Shown here piece after piece: positions 1-16,039 of a DNA stretch of 64,000 bases. The stretch is from the NCBI RefSeq assembly GCF_009914755.1, contig NC_060936.1; one strand, given 5' to 3'. Position numbers and translations under genes: made by a program. The notes beneath the pieces were generated by a model. That model ran no database searches. It was given only the letters and a program-made list of their open reading frames with translations, and was not told the DNA's origin. How positions within the stretch are numbered: the first letter of the stretch is position 1; each line of letters begins with the position of its first letter. Origin of the DNA: the human T2T-CHM13v2.0 reference genome, Homo sapiens.

Positions 1-396
1 ACTTATTTTATCAGTGTTTAAGAGAGCTGCCCTGGAAATTGCAGTAAGAGCTCTAAGTAGAAACCTTCCGGGGGCGTCTCTGATGGGAAATAAGTGGCAG
101 AGACCCTGGTAGAACCTCTCTAAATAGCCCACCATCTCTGATTTGGAGGAGTGAGGGCTCATGGCAATGAGGGACCACAGAGAAGGGGGAAAAAGAGGAG
201 AAGATACACTCCAATTAATCACAATAAGCCTTTTTAGAAAGCATGGCATTAGGAGGTTAAAGAGCCCCTGTGGTGACTTGTTTACAGGAGCAGAAAGTTA
301 AGAGGCTGTTAGGAGCTTGAAGAGGAAACATCAGACTTCAGCTTCTGAGAAAGAAGTTAGTCATTAGACATATTTTGCTTTAGAAACAAACCCAAG

Positions 397-805
397 TGAT
401 ATAGTTTGAATATATGTCCCCATCAAATCTCACACTGAACTGTAATCCTCAGTGTTGGAGGTGGGGCTTGGTGGGAGGTGACTGGGTCAATGGGGCAAAT
501 CCTTCATGTCTTGGTGCTGTCCTCGTGGCAATGTTTTCACAAGATCTGGTTGTTTAAGTGTGTGGCACCTCCCCACCAACCCCACTCTCTCTCTTGCTCC
601 TGCTTTTGCCATGTGATGTGCCTGCTTGCACTTCACAACTTCTGCCATGAGTAAATGCTCCCTTAGGCCTCCCCAGAAGCCAAGTAGACGGTGGAGCCAT
701 GCTTGCACAGCCTGCAGAACCATGAGCCAATTAAATCTGTTTTCTTTATAAATTACCCAGCAAAGCAGGCATTTCTTTAGAGCAATGCAAGAATGTCCTA
801 ACACA
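397..805 (+). mobile_element. MSTA/MSTB-type MaLR solo LTR
   Basis: TGATATAGTTTG...CTAACACA termini and MST body motifs; perfect 5-bp TSD CCAAG (392-396, 806-810). Confidence 0.9.
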
Positions 806-989
806 CCAAGCAAAACATAAAGATGGATGTTAATGTGCCCTGGTGCAATGGCATCACCAAACACAGATAAGACAGCACAAAATAATTCTTCTTGATGGGA
901 CTGCTCATTCATGACTCTGTCATCTTCTCCACTTACCAGATTTAAGAGAAATAACCAGCACTATCCAATATTAACTAAAAGATAGACGC

Positions 990-1860
990 CATTCTTTCCC
1001 TCAAGCACCTCATATTTTAGTGAGAAAGCTATGAAAGAGGAAGGTGAAAAGTCCTATGAAGAAATAGAACTTCCTATGAAGACATATAACCAGGGATCTA
1101 ACCTAATTTGGAGTGTAAAGAGAAGCTTCTTTAAGGAAGTAATCTTTCAGCTGCCACCTGAAGGAGATGTAGAAATTAGCTAAGTGAAAGCAGTGTGAGC
1201 GGGTTAAAATGAAGTGTCCAAGTCAGAAGGAACATGAAATGCCGTAATCCTGATGTTTACAGCAGGAAAAGATACAGACAGCACATGTAAGGAACTAAAA
1301 GGTGGTTGATGTGTTCGGGATACAAAAAGGAAGAAGAAGAGAGAGAATGGGCACATCTTTCCAGAAGTTTGTGAAATCGAATAAAATTTGCATAGCTATG
1401 GGAGATACTATTCTATGATGGCATTGACTTGAGTACATTAAAATGCTGATGGAAATGAGGTGGTAAAAAGAGATATATTAAAGAGATAAGAACAAAAAGG
1501 AATTGAGAGTAAAAATTTCCTACAAAGGAGGTAAGGGTGGAATTTAGAGAATGTGTGAAAAGTTTGATGTTTAGAGAGGCAGAGGAATGCCTTCAGTTTA
1601 ATAGGATGGAGAAAGAAATGAAGAGGTTCAGAAAGGTTTTAAACATTTTTTGGCAAAGTATTGAGGTAATTCCTTGTTGATGACTTCCAGTTTCTCTGGA
1701 AAGTGAGGATTAAATTATCTGAGTAGACTAGGAGGAAAATCAGGTATCTGTGAAGAGTAAAATTCAAAAGTCATTAGGAAAGTTGGCATGCAAGCTAACT
1801 GGAGAAATTTAGGTCTGCTGAGTAGTGTTAAGGGCCCAGAAGAGATTGAGAACTATGAAT
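990..1860 (-). mobile_element. L2 LINE fragments
   Basis: Degenerate antisense L2 motifs (...tttcagctgccacctgaagga..., ...atgctgatggaaatg...); boundaries approximate. Confidence 0.6.
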
Positions 1861-1886
1861 TTATAACATTAAAATAAGATTATGAA

Positions 1887-2658
1887 AAAATTCAACATCA
1901 CTGATCATTAGAGAAATGCAAATCAAAACCACAATGAGATATCACCTCACACCAGTCAGAATGACTAATATTACAAACTCAAAAAATAACAGATGTTGGC
2001 GAGGTTGTGGAGAAAAAGGAACACTCATACACTGTTGGTGGGAGTGTAAATTAGTTCCATTATTGTGGAAGAGAGTGTGGCAATTCCTCAAAGACCTAAA
2101 AACAGAAATACCTTTCAACCCAGCAATCGCATTACTGGGTATGTACCCAAAAGAATATAAATCTTTCTATCATAAAGACACATGCACTTGCACGTTCACT
2201 GCAGCACTATTCACCATAACAAAGACATGGGATCAACATAAATGCCTGTCATTGGTAGACTGGATTTAAAAAGTGTGGTACATATACACCATGGAATATT
2301 ATGCAACAGAAAAAAAAAGGAATGAGATCATGTCCTTTGCAGGAACATGGATGGAGCTGGAGGTCATTATCCTTAGCAAACTAATGCAGGAACAGAAAAC
2401 CAAACACCACATGTTCTCACTTATAAGTGGGAGCTAAATGGTGAGAACATGTGAACACATAGAAGAGAATAACACACACTGGGACCTATTGGAGGGTGGA
2501 GGGTGGGAGGAGGGAGAGGATCAGGAAAAATAGCTAATGGGTACTAGGCTTAACCTGGGTGATGAAATAATCTGTATAACCCCCCCACCCCGACACAAGT
2601 TTACCTATATAACAAACCTGCACATGTACCTCTGAACTTGAGGGTTAAATTTTTTAAA
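1887..2658 (+). mobile_element. 5'-truncated L1 (L1PA13-16-like) 3' end
   Basis: ORF2 C-terminus remnant (ORF 1916-2269, [16 protein letters not shown]...) plus 3' UTR; 11-bp TSD AAGATTATGAA (1876-1886, 2659-2669). Confidence 0.9.
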
Positions 2659-3277
2659 AAGATTATGAATTGATTAACTTCTCGACTTAGGCTTTTTTCT
2701 ATTTTACCTGAAAATAAATGAAACAATTTATTAGTCTCTCACTATTTACTCTTGCACATATACATATATATCCATATATAAATGAGTTAATGCTTTTGCA
2801 TTTATTTCAGTGTAATATAATAAGTAGGGAAATACGATGTGTGATTATTATATAGTTATTATGGATTATGTACTTTATCAATATAAAAATCCTATTTATT
2901 CCTATGCTTTTTATCTCAGTGGAGTCCAAGGATTAGGCCATGAAGGATTGAAAGATTCAGAGCAATGTTCCAGGCAGAAGCGTATGTTTTGAAAGAGCAT
3001 GCTGCTTTTGAGGAAGTAAAATAAATCTAGGTTTGGAATATAGACTAGAAGAGATCAAGAAGTAAGAATTAACTCCAGAAATAAACAGAAACCTGGTCAT
3101 ACAGTTTGATGGCTTTAAGTTGACCAAGCAATGGTGGTCAAACCTGTGCTTAGCTAGGCTTAAAAGCTATGAAGTAAATAGACAGGTTTGAAAAAAATAG
3201 ACTATCACTTTGAGAAACAATCTGGATTTTATGTGTACTATTTTATTTAATTTTTTCCTCCTGTACAGGTAGCAGAA

Positions 3278-3383
3278 ACACACACACACACACACACACA
3301 CATACACACACACACCCATAAGGAAAATTTTAACTTGTCTATCTATCTATCTGTCATCTATCTGTCTGTCTGTCTGTCTGTCT
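3278..3383. repeat. (CA)n followed by (TCTA)n/(TCTG)n microsatellites
   Basis: Read directly from the sequence. Confidence 0.95.
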
Positions 3384-3812
3384 AGTTAAAGCAAACTAAA
3401 TATGGCCTGAGAAGGACTCCATACTTCCATATTTGAATCCTTGTGGATGAACCATAACCTAGCTTAACAGGCAGACAAGATGAAAACCTAACTTAGGAGT
3501 ATGTGCCTGTAACAATAGCTGAGTCTTGGCCAATCACAGCAGCCATACCTCAACCACTCATAGACTGCTAAGTGTTCAAACAGGGTTCAATTAAGGCAAA
3601 AGCCAACCTGTAACCAGCCGTTTCTGAACCTCACTTCTAAGTTCTTTTCTGTACCTCACTTTCCTTTTTATGTCTATAAATTAGTTCTGACCACGAGGCA
3701 CCCCTGGAGTCTCTGAATCTGCTGTGATTCTGGGGGCTGCCCGGTTCACAAGTCATTCATTGCTCAATTAAATTCCTTTCAATTTAATTCGGCTAAAGTT
3801 TTTCTTTTAACA
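3384..3812 (+). mobile_element. MER57A-type ERV1 solo LTR
   Basis: GTTAAAGCAAACTAAATATGGCCTGAGAAGGACTCC...GTTTTTCTTTTAACA matches the remembered MER57A consensus. Confidence 0.85.
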
Positions 3813-4009
3813 ATATATAAACACACACCCACAGTTGTACATATTACAAATTTGCAAATAATCTGTGTATATTTATATTCAGTTTATTTTGTAGTTAACA
3901 GTTAACATTTTTATAGTTACCATATAATTAAGTTATTCATATGATTAAATTAGCTTTCAAATAATTTTTAATATTTTTAATATTCTATCTTCCATTCAAA
4001 CAAAAATTT

Positions 4010-4620
4010 TTATTCTAATTCTTTTCTGTTATAAATAGTAGTACAATGAATTATTTTACAGAATTGTTTCCTCTTTCTGGGCATTTCATTGGTACAGACA
4101 AGAAAGTACTAGACGAAAAGTAGTATGTTTTTCAAGATTCTTGATTCACATTACCAAGAAAATGTATAGAAACATTTCCACCATTGTTCTACAAGACTAT
4201 CAGTCTGTGCCTGCATCACCATGAATTTACCATGCATTTGCTAAGCACAGGATATATTTTTGTTTTTAAAAAGTTTTAACTACTTCTTAGGTTATGTTAT
4301 AACTTTATTGTGCATTTCCTTGATATTCAGCGCCATTAATCATTTTTCCTTTTATTTATTATTATTCTTTTTCTTTCTTAAATTGGGTATTTATATTGTT
4401 TGTCCATTTTCCTCTGTGGATGTGTTAGTCTTCTTTGTGGCCTTCTAAGAGCTCTTTGCATATTAAAATTTTAACAGTTTCACTGTTTATATTTATCTCT
4501 ATAGCATTAGTTACTTGTTTTCTATTTTAATAAAGTTTTTTTGATGCAAGGCAACTTAATTTCTATGAAGTCAAGGCTATTTATCTTTTCCTTTGGTATT
4601 ACTTTCACAACTTTTGTGTT
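4010..4620 (-). mobile_element. Ancient L1M(E) fragment
   Basis: T-rich antisense L1 ORF2/3' motifs (tgcatttccttgat, ttgtccattttcct, agagctctttgcatatt). Confidence 0.55.
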
Positions 4621-5414
4621 AAGTAAATGTTTGTATCTGTAAGATTATGTTCGAAATATTGACAGTGTGTGTCTCTATCTTTTCATACATTTTGTTAGTT
4701 AATAGAGAAATGACTGCTGAGCTAATCATTTGTAACTGTTGTGACAGAAGAAAGTGAAGTGTAAAGATGAGAAGATAAGAAAATGTGTCTCTCAGAGTTG
4801 TTATTAATCACCGTCAATATTTCATTAGAGTGCATTGCCTAATGTCTGTTTATGTAATTTAACTTTTTTGAAATAGTCTTTTTCCTCACATATTTTGACT
4901 AACTTAATGACCCACTTAATTTATTATTTCATGTATAATTGCAATTATTATGTAGATATCCGTTTGTGTTGATATCTCTGTTTTTTTAAATGGAAATTAA
5001 TAGAAGATATAAAATACTTTTGGATCTTTCTGATATTCAAAAAATATTTTTGAGAAAAATTATCTTAAATAGTAATATGATTTGGTACTTGACTCAATTC
5101 AATTTAGCATTTATTGCTTGCTGTCTCATACAACTGTTCTAAGAATTCATGTCAAATTATATCAGTTATTCCTGTGTCCATTTAGCATATATTTATTGTC
5201 AAGTTCTTGGCTAAAGCAAGAATCCAAGAAGAGAAATTTCACAGACTAGTAAGAGATTATTTGCAATTTCTGCTTTTTAAATAGTAATGTAATTAATATA
5301 CTTTCCAGAAAATTTTTCCATCTTCTTTGATGCATAAGTAGACTCTTAAAATACACATATAAAATTATGTGAAAGTACACATAATTCTAAGAAAGCATAG
5401 CAGAAGGGCTAGAG

Positions 5415-6416
5415 ACCCTTATATTTAACTATCTACATTATATCTAGAGGGTATCTAAAACTTATACAAACCAAACAGACATTTGATCCTTGCTCCCCAG
5501 TTCCAGCAACATCAAAACAAACACAATGAAAATCACTGATTTTTGCCTAGATCTCACCATTTCAGTAAATGGCATCGTGATTTTTCACAGTGACTCAAGC
5601 CATAAATCTGGACATGCTTGATTCGTAACCTGTATCTCCTAAATTCAACTCTATGGTAAATATTATTCATTCTACTTTGAAAACATGTTCTAAAACCACT
5701 CATTTCCCTATACTTCGGATTTACCCACCAATCCAAATAACTGTACATGTTCTCTTGGACAGCTACAAAACGTCCTAATTGTTTCCCCTATTTTTCCCTC
5801 CATAAGGTATTCTCTAGCCAGAGTGATCTTTTAAAAATGTAGATCAAATCACATCACATTCTTGCTTAACACCCTTCAGTGGCTTCTAATTGCACTTGGA
5901 GTAAAATCTACACTTCTTACCATGACCTCATTGGCTCTCTGTCTTCTCTGGTTTCATCTCACAGCACTTTGCCCTCACACTGAGCTCCAGTCATGCATGC
6001 CTTCTGTCTGTTCCTCTGCTCCAAGTTCATGTCTTCATCTGGGTCTTTGTATTGCTATTTCATTTCCCTGCCTGGAACATTCTTCCTCTGACTCTTTTCA
6101 TGGCTAACTGTTTCTCCTCATTCATGTTCCAGCTCGAATACCACCTCTTCAGAGAGGCCTTCTCTGATTCCAAGTAGTGACTCCTCCTCCAAATACTGTT
6201 TGACTCTGTGTAGTTAATTTACAGCCCTGATCACAATCTGAAGTTATATTCTCTATTTATTGTTCACTTGATCATTGAATATTTACCTCCTCTTGAATAG
6301 AGGCTCCTTGAGGACAGTGAACTCTTTTGTCTTGCTCACTGTTATTACCTGTACTATGATGAAGCCTGGTAAATAGAGCACACTTAGCAAATATGAGTAA
6401 AACGGATGAATGAATA
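5415..6416 (+). mobile_element. L2a 3' portion
   Basis: L2 motifs (agccagagtgatcttttaaaa, cccttcagtggcttc, gcctggaacattcttcct) ending in a gaatgaat tail. Confidence 0.8.
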
Positions 6417-6763
6417 AGGGCATCTCAGTGAAGATGGGGTGAGAAAGGGTTATGCTAGCTGGTGCTTGGATCCTACCTAAAAGAAAGAACAGAAGTTAAC
6501 CAGGTAGAGAAAAAGAGGGAAATGCATTCTAGACTGTATCGGAAAGGGTGCAAGAACAAGTCTCCTTTGGAGAGTTGCAGGAATTTGGGATGATTGCATG
6601 TTGGCATTGCTGGTGATAAACAGGAGCCCAGTGCAAGAACATTTATGGACTTTTATGCCTTATCGAGTAAGAAGTTTAGAGGTTGTCATGAAGGTAGGAA
6701 ATCCTAAAGGATGTTATAAAAGTGAATAACATAATCATGTTGACAATGTAATAAGATCACTCT

Positions 6764-8816
<2,053 letters not shown>

Positions 8817-10469
8817 AAGATCACTCTGTGATAAATATAGAAGATAAATTAGAAGTAGAAGAGATGACATCAAGGAAGCCATGATGGGAGCTATTTCAGT
8901 AATCAAGTCAAAAGAATTAAGACAGGTACAGTGGGAGTAGAAGAGAAAAGCTTAGAAAGATAGGAAACAGAAGTGACATGCTTTGGTGGCTAATTTGATA
9001 CAGAAAGAGAAGTAGAGGAGGAGTCTAGGTGGTACAGTTAATTGATATAAGGAAGGAAGAGCAGATTTTTGGAGAAAGATGAAGATTTTGATGTCTGGCA
9101 AGTAAGTGTAGTGAGTCTTATCTTCCAAACACTGTACGTTACTTGACCAAATGAAATACAAGTTATTGGCTTATTGTTAGGATGAACTTCTATTCTCTGG
9201 CTTCATGTTTCCACAAGAAGGGAATACCATTAGAGTAACATCCTCCACCTATTCTCCGACTCCTTATTAATTTATCCCCTAAGGAATTAGAGTTACTGAG
9301 CTGTAAAACGACATTGGGGAAGGAACTAAGCATGCTTATTATTGCCTCTTCCATGTTTCTCCTCTTCAGAGACATAATAAATATGTTCTCTGCTCTTCTG
9401 TAGTAAAATCACCTTGTAGGTTGGCTAGCTGTGCCAGTGACTGGGTTAGGATGTGTGTCTAATCCAAGAGTGAAGTTACAGCAAGCATATTCAGTAACAT
9501 ATCTAGAATCACATTGTCCAATCAGTTCTCATGATGATAATAAAAAGTATGGCATTTGGTTTCAATTTGTCTAACTCTTGGATTCCATACCTCAGTTGGT
9601 TCTGAATCTGGGAGAGAAAGCAAGCAGTGTGGTTAATTTGTTTCCTAAATTCAAAACAATTATAAAACTCTGTTTATTCCTCCCAGTGTCTAATATAGTG
9701 CTTAATACTCACTTATTGAATTGAGTTCAATTAATGTAAAATAAAATGATGCTAAAATAATACTGTCTTAAAGGCGAAAATATAGGTCCTTCTAATTATT
9801 TGTTTTTCCATTTTAGGCATTTAGCACCATTGATTTAAAACTTGTTCTTCAACATGACATAATCTAAAGATACTTATTTTTCCTTTCCTCACAGATAAAA
9901 CAGAAATCATAATGGTCTTATCCATCTCACGTGGTTTCTCAAAGGATTAAAGTAGACAGTGTGTAGATACCACTCTGTAACATCATAAATAAATGGCATA
10001 TTTATTGCTGAGTTTGGGTGTTCCCTTTCTCAACAGTGTGAATTTGTGCAAGATGAGTGGAAAATCAAACCAGAATGGAATTGTTAGGGTCAGCTATAAA
10101 GAGGCCTATGAAATGCCCTAGATCATGTTTTTCAAATTAAGTTTTGTGCATCACTAGTTGTGAAATATATTAATGGGTTTACATGGGTGGTAGCGAAAGA
10201 AGGCTCTGAAAAATCATTCAGTGAAGAAATTATTTAACCCTGTATTTCCCCAATATATTTGACAATGGAAACTTTTTATATAAGAACATCACTTACAGAA
10301 TGAGTAATCCATAGATATTAGGACATTCTGACTAAGAGGAAGGTGGCAGAATATCTGGTTGGGACTTCCTAATTATTAGAATGCCCTAAGTAAATCAGCA
10401 CAGCACTTAAGTAAAAAGATTCTAAATCCCTTGCTTATCCTATTCTTCTCCCTGGACTATGTATCTGCC

Positions 10470-10939
10470 TGCTACGATATGGATATGGCTTAGTTTGTCC
10501 CCACCAAAATTCAGATTGAAATTTGATTCCCAATGTGGCCGTGTTGGCAGGTGGGGCCTAGTAGAGGGTATTTGGGTCAAGAGGACAGATCTCTCATGAA
10601 TGGCTTGGTTCTGTTCTAGCAATACTGACAGTTCCAAGTCTGCCAAGACTGGATTAATTCTCATGGGTATGGAGTAATTCCCATAAGAGGTATTTGTTAT
10701 AAAGCCAGACACCACTGGAGTTTTGCCTCTTCACATGTTTTCACTTTCCCTTTGACCTTCTGCCATGTTGTGATGTATCACCAGCAGCTGGGCAGATGTC
10801 AACACGATGCTTCTTGTACTTCCCAGCCTGCAGAAGTGTGAGTTAAATAAGCCTCTTTTCTTAGTTCATTTTATGTTCCATATAATGGAACTCCCAACCT
10901 CAGGTGTTCCATTATAGCGACACAAAGTGAACTAAGACT
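10470..10939 (+). mobile_element. MSTC/MSTD-type MaLR solo LTR
   Basis: TGCTAC..GGATATGG..TTTGTCCCCACCAAAA start; ends ...AACTAAGAC. Confidence 0.85.
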
Positions 10940-11019
10940 TCACCTATCTAATGCCTATTCAAACATAAAGGTCACTTTGAGCATTTCCTCTCTGGAATAG
11001 TCTTCACTGCCCTTTCCCC

Positions 11020-12495
11020 AACTATTCTTAATTAATTCAGGTGGTACTTATTGACAGCCAGTTGTGAACCAGGTACTGTTCTCAGTGCCGAAATTGAGCA
11101 CTTTATAAAACAAGGAAGGAAGGAGGGAGGAAAAGAGAGGGATGGAAGGAAGGAAGGTAGAAAGAAATAAAGGAAAGAAGTTCTTATTCTCATGGCATAT
11201 CCATTCCAGGTGGGAAGAAAGACACTGAACAAATCAACGCATAATGTTAGTTCGGGAGTGAAAATTGTTATAAAGGAAAATAGCATAACAGAGACAGAGA
11301 ATAAAGTGGTAGCTACTTTATATTCAATGGTCAAAAAGGGCATCTCTCATAAGGTAGTATTTGAATAATGACCTGAAGGAAGGATGATAATTAGCAGTGT
11401 TAAGTCTCTGGGAGAAGGGCTTTCCAGACAATTCAATGATAAGTACAAAGAACCTAAGGCAGGAGCTGTTTGGCTAATCTAAGGTACTGTTGGGAAGATG
11501 ACATGGCTAGTGTAAATTAAACAACGTGGAGAACGGTAGGAGATGGGTTAAGAGGTTTTAGAGAGTCAGATTATATTGGATGTCATGCTTCTTTACTTTC
11601 AGTGAGATGGGAAGACATTGGAAGGTTGAGCAGGTGAATAACGTGATCTGATTTATATATGTGGCCAAGTTACAAAAGGACAAGAGCACAATAATCAATG
11701 CCAGTAACAAGATATGAAGCTTTTTCAAAGGTCTAGGCCAGAGATGTTAGTGGCTCATACAATAGTGACAGATGACAGATGGTAAGATTCAAGATATATT
11801 TTTAAAGAAAAGTTAGAGGACTGATTTTTGAACTTTTTGGTCTCAAGATCCCTTGATGCCCTTAAAAATTAATAACACTGAAGATTTTTTGTTCATGAGA
11901 GTCATATCTGTTAATATTTATATAAAAACTAAAAATAAAAATTCTTTAAGCATAATACACAAGTGCGCATTCCATTAGCCATCAGAGGTATGATGATGTC
12001 ATCACTTACCATATAGCTTCTGGAAATCTCCATTTAGAACTCATGTACAAATAAAAGCAGAACAAGGCAAAATGTCTTTGTATTATTATGGAAATATTTT
12101 TGACCTCACAGACCTTTGAAAAGGTTTTGAAGCCTGCTAAGAGGTCCTGAACCACACATTGAGAACTGCTGGCCTAGAGGATTTTTTTGATGGAATGGAT
12201 CTGAGGTGTGAGAGAAAGAAAGAAATCAAGGATGGGGTCAAGTTTTTAAGCCTGAGCTGCTATTAACTGAAATGCAAACTGCAGTGCTATATAAGTTAAG
12301 TTTAAGACATCCCATTGAGATTTAGGGTAGCCTGCTGGACATGAGCCTGGAGTTCAGGGAAGTGGGCAGGCCTGGAGATACAAATTTAGGAATAATCAGC
12401 ACATAAACAGCATTGAAAGCTCTGGAACTGGATGAGAACACATGGGGAGTGAAAGTAGACTGAGAATAGGTCTGAGGATGATCCTTGGGGCATTG
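11020..12495 (-). mobile_element. L2a, interrupted by a hAT element
   Basis: Long antisense L2 match (gtgagatgggaagacattggaagg; ggagttcagggaagtgggcaggcctggagatacaaattt). Confidence 0.8.
11819..12171. mobile_element. hAT-Charlie non-autonomous element (MER119/Charlie7-like)
   Basis: Degenerate terminal inverted repeats (..aactttttggtctcaagatccc / accacacattgagaactgctg); 8-bp TSD-like AGTTAGAG / GCCTAGAG. Confidence 0.7.
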
Positions 12496-12569
12496 GATCA
12501 ATGAACTCCATCAGTGAAATTCCAAAAGTTCTCTATTTAGAGCACAGTCTCCTTTGGTTGGTTAAAAGT

Positions 12570-12680
12570 TATTTTAGGATAGAATCCATATTTTAGTCAT
12601 TTTCATACTCAAATCACCGCTTAAGATGCCCAGCATATGGTAGGCACTCAACTGTGTTTATTGAATAAATAAATAAATTA
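12570..12680 (+). mobile_element. L2 3' end fragment
   Basis: tgcccagcatatggtaggcactcaa...ttgaataaataaa. Confidence 0.6.
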
Positions 12681-14189
12681 ATTAATGATGTCCTTTGTGG
12701 TACTTTCACAGCTAAATTCCAGAATTTTAGAACAGGCAAGATTAGGAAGTTGGAATGATCAGGTTCAGATTCATACAGTAGGTATACTATTCATTGTATA
12801 GTCAAACAGATTTCCTTGAACTTAGAGGAAGATGTAATTGACTGCACCCTGTGCTGTCAATAATAAGTGACCTAAAGGGAAGGATAGACTATATTTCAAA
12901 TTCTAGTCTGCCATTTAAGATATTTAAAGCAATAATGCCAACTCTACTTTCTGATCATTTTATTTTGCAAGGAAATTTTTTCCCAGAATATTTTTTCTTT
13001 CTATGCATTCTTTTATTTAATTACACAATAAATTTAACCAGCTTTACAGACCAATACATATATATCTACAAAGGATGTATTTCATTTTTGATGAACATAC
13101 TATGGCTTATTTAACAAGTTATCCTTACTAATAGGCATTAAGGTTTCCAATAAATATTTCAATAATGAACATCCTTGAACATATTTTTATTTATTTATTA
13201 CCATTTTAATAACCACATTTATTTTCATTATTCTTATAGCACATCTATTCTTAGCCACTCATGTGATTTGAAAATACTTTTATATTAAATGTCTATTTAA
13301 TCAATATTTCCTCATCTTTATAATGATTCATTTGCATCTCTTCCAAAACTTCAAGTTAATGTCTAAACTCAATTTTCTTTTGTTTCTCTTCTTCTATTTT
13401 TATTTTAGGTGCCAGGGGTACATGTGCATCTATGCTTTCTCATTCAGGCTGTCTAGACATGCTCTAGGGGAAAAAGCTGAGCCAAACAATGACACCCACT
13501 GAGAATTTTATGCATGTGGGAGAAAAACCCCTGAATAACACAAAAGGAAAACACAATATTAATACAGTCTTGCTATTACTGGCAATGTGGGCACAAAGTA
13601 TAAAAAATTACATTTCATGTTTAGGAAAAAAGATGAAAAAATTTTTTTACTTGTAGAAAGTGCCAAATAACAAAAATTCTCCATATTCCTGTAGGATAAA
13701 CTCACCTGGAATTTCATCAAATGAATAGAAATGAGGATGAATAATATTCCACTGGCATATAATTGGCATGACCACTATATGGATTGAAGGTGATTTTAAT
13801 CATCAATGGAAGATACAATGTACAGTGGTTGTTTTCTGGATTCCGGCTTTTCCCTCCCCTGTATTAGGTCAGCCTGACCCTGTACTGTGCCATTTATCCT
13901 CACTGACTCCTCCCATATCCCAAATTCCAGGAGTTTATACTTCCTGTGGCTCACTTAAGCAGAGGCATCTAAAGAATGAGATGCTTGAAGGTGAGTATCA
14001 CCCCATATGTAGCCAACATCTTCTTAAGTAGGTTCCAATGATTTAGGGAACTTTAAAAGGTTCCCAAATACATTTTCTAAAATCCACAGTTGCCATGATC
14101 AGAGCTACTTGGGGATGACACAGAGAGTTAGAACATTACTTCTCAGAGGTCTTATTTCAATTGTAGGCAAACATGATCTAATCACCATT

Positions 14190-14370
14190 ATAATAACAAG
14201 TTGGGCCACTACAGGGCTTTACAATGTACACAGCACCATGGCACCTTTTATCTGGTTTGAGTCTGACTACACCCCTGAGAAGCAGGCAAGGCAAATACCA
14301 TTCTCACTTTGCTGAAAAACTGAGGGTGAGAAGGGTAATACAGAGTGCATGTGACAGAAGAAAGGTTGGA
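14190..14370 (-). mobile_element. MIR
   Basis: acacccctgagaagcagg...cactttgctgaaaaactgagg, a MIR core in antisense. Confidence 0.55.
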
Positions 14371-14469
14371 ACTAAATTCCTTTTAAAGAGGCACCTACAA
14401 GCAAAATTTTGCACATAATTCCAGGAATTGTGTAGACCACCCATAGCCTATCCAAGAACACCAGGTTAA

Positions 14470-14560
14470 AAATATTTGCCCTCAGACAGACTGATTTAAT
14501 TGGTCAGGGGTGGAACTCAGGTATTTTTTTAAAAAGCTTCCCAGGAAATTCATATTTGTC
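14470..14560. mobile_element. MER5-like hAT fragment
   Basis: ctgatttaattggtcaggggtgg...tttttaaaaagcttcccagg. Confidence 0.55.
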
Positions 14561-15699
14561 CAAAACTACTTCAAAAATTCATATTTGTCAACGTTGACTG
14601 TTGGGTCCTGTTGCCTTCTTTCTCATTTTTTTTCCTTTCCAAATCGCTCTTTGTTTTACTTAATATTATTTTCTATTACGTCTATCTTTCTGTTTTTAGC
14701 CTTCTCTTCTCACTCAGCTTTTGTTGCAAGTCTGGAAATTACTGAATACAGTCTTCTTTGGCTCTTTCCTTCAGACTACATACTACTGCCATCTATGTTT
14801 CTGTTCTTCCTCCTTTTTCAAAACTATTATTCTCTCCTGAAGCTTCACCCTTCTAGAATATCAGTATTCCACCTCGATTATTTTCTACCTAATGAGCTAA
14901 TTAGCATTAATGGAAAAACTACTGAAGTTAGGAAATCAGAGATCTTCCAGTAAGTCAGTGGCCTCAGGCCCAATCAGTAAAATAAGGAAAAATATACCTA
15001 CCTGATAGAATTTTTGTGAGAAACAAATGAAACACATACTCAATCATGGGAATAAAATACTCAATACTCAATAATAAAAATATTTTTAAAGACTATCTCC
15101 TTGAAGTTCTTTTTATTCCTTATCTATTTTTTGCTGCAACCCAATACAATATTCTGTACTCTTTCCAAGTTATATGCCTCTGTTTTTTACATACCCACTC
15201 TCATTTCTAATTTTAAAATTTAGCATATGTATTCTATAACCCCACAGTGCCCAGAAAAATGTTATTCTGGATTTGGCAAGAATTTTTTGTAACCCCAGTT
15301 CTAAACTGTTAATAATGGCAGGGAGAGGTGCTATGGCTTATTATTAAACTGCTTTATTGTTAGCTCATTAATCATACACAGGTCCAGAAGAATATTCAAA
15401 ATGTTTCTTTCAGGTTGAGTAGGTACCTGATCTAAACATGGTCCATTATGAGTAGGTGTTCAGAAATGACTCATCTTTCCTCCAATCATCTCCTTTAGTG
15501 TCTTGAGAGCTCTGAGCCTTTGACCTTTCTCCTTATTTTCTTTACCTCTACAGCCTCTTTGCTTCTTTTTGCTATGGTCCCTCCTTAGCTGCAAAAGAAT
15601 GCAGCCTGGTGTTATTTCATTCTATTGAATTCCATTTAGGATGAGGTTTTGGGTTAGTGGTGAGGTTTGGATGGTACTAGGAACATCTAAAGCCAATTG

Positions 15700-16039
15700 G
15701 AATGTCTTTTCCGGCTGCTATTAACAAATACCAAAAAGTTATGGGGTCTCTCCCAGTTCTGGAGGTTGAGAAGTCCAAGATCAGGTTTCCACCTTGGTTG
15801 GGTTCTGGTGAAGGTCCTCTTTCAGATTGCAGATTGCCGAGTTCTTGCTGTGTCCTCATGTGTTGCAAGGGTGAACAAGTTCCCATGGGCCTCTTTTATA
15901 AGTGAACTAATCCCATTCATGAGAGCTCTGCCATCTGACCTAATCCTCTCCTAAAGGCCCCACTTTTTAATACTATTACATTGGGGATTTGAATTCAACA
16001 TAGAAATTTGGGGAAAACACAAATATTCAGATGATAGTA
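15700..16039 (-). mobile_element. MLT1A-type MaLR LTR
   Basis: ggctgctattaacaaatacca...cagttctggaggttgagaagtccaagatc...aatcccattcatgagagctctgcc. Confidence 0.85.

Noticed and set aside
487-912. 141-aa minus-strand ORF
   Set aside because: Mostly the antisense of an MST LTR; a chance ORF.
14510-14953. 147-aa hydrophobic ORF resembling a membrane protein
   Set aside because: Phe/Leu/Ser bias comes from T-rich low-complexity DNA; it has a GTG start, begins in a MER5 fragment and has no recognisable domain.
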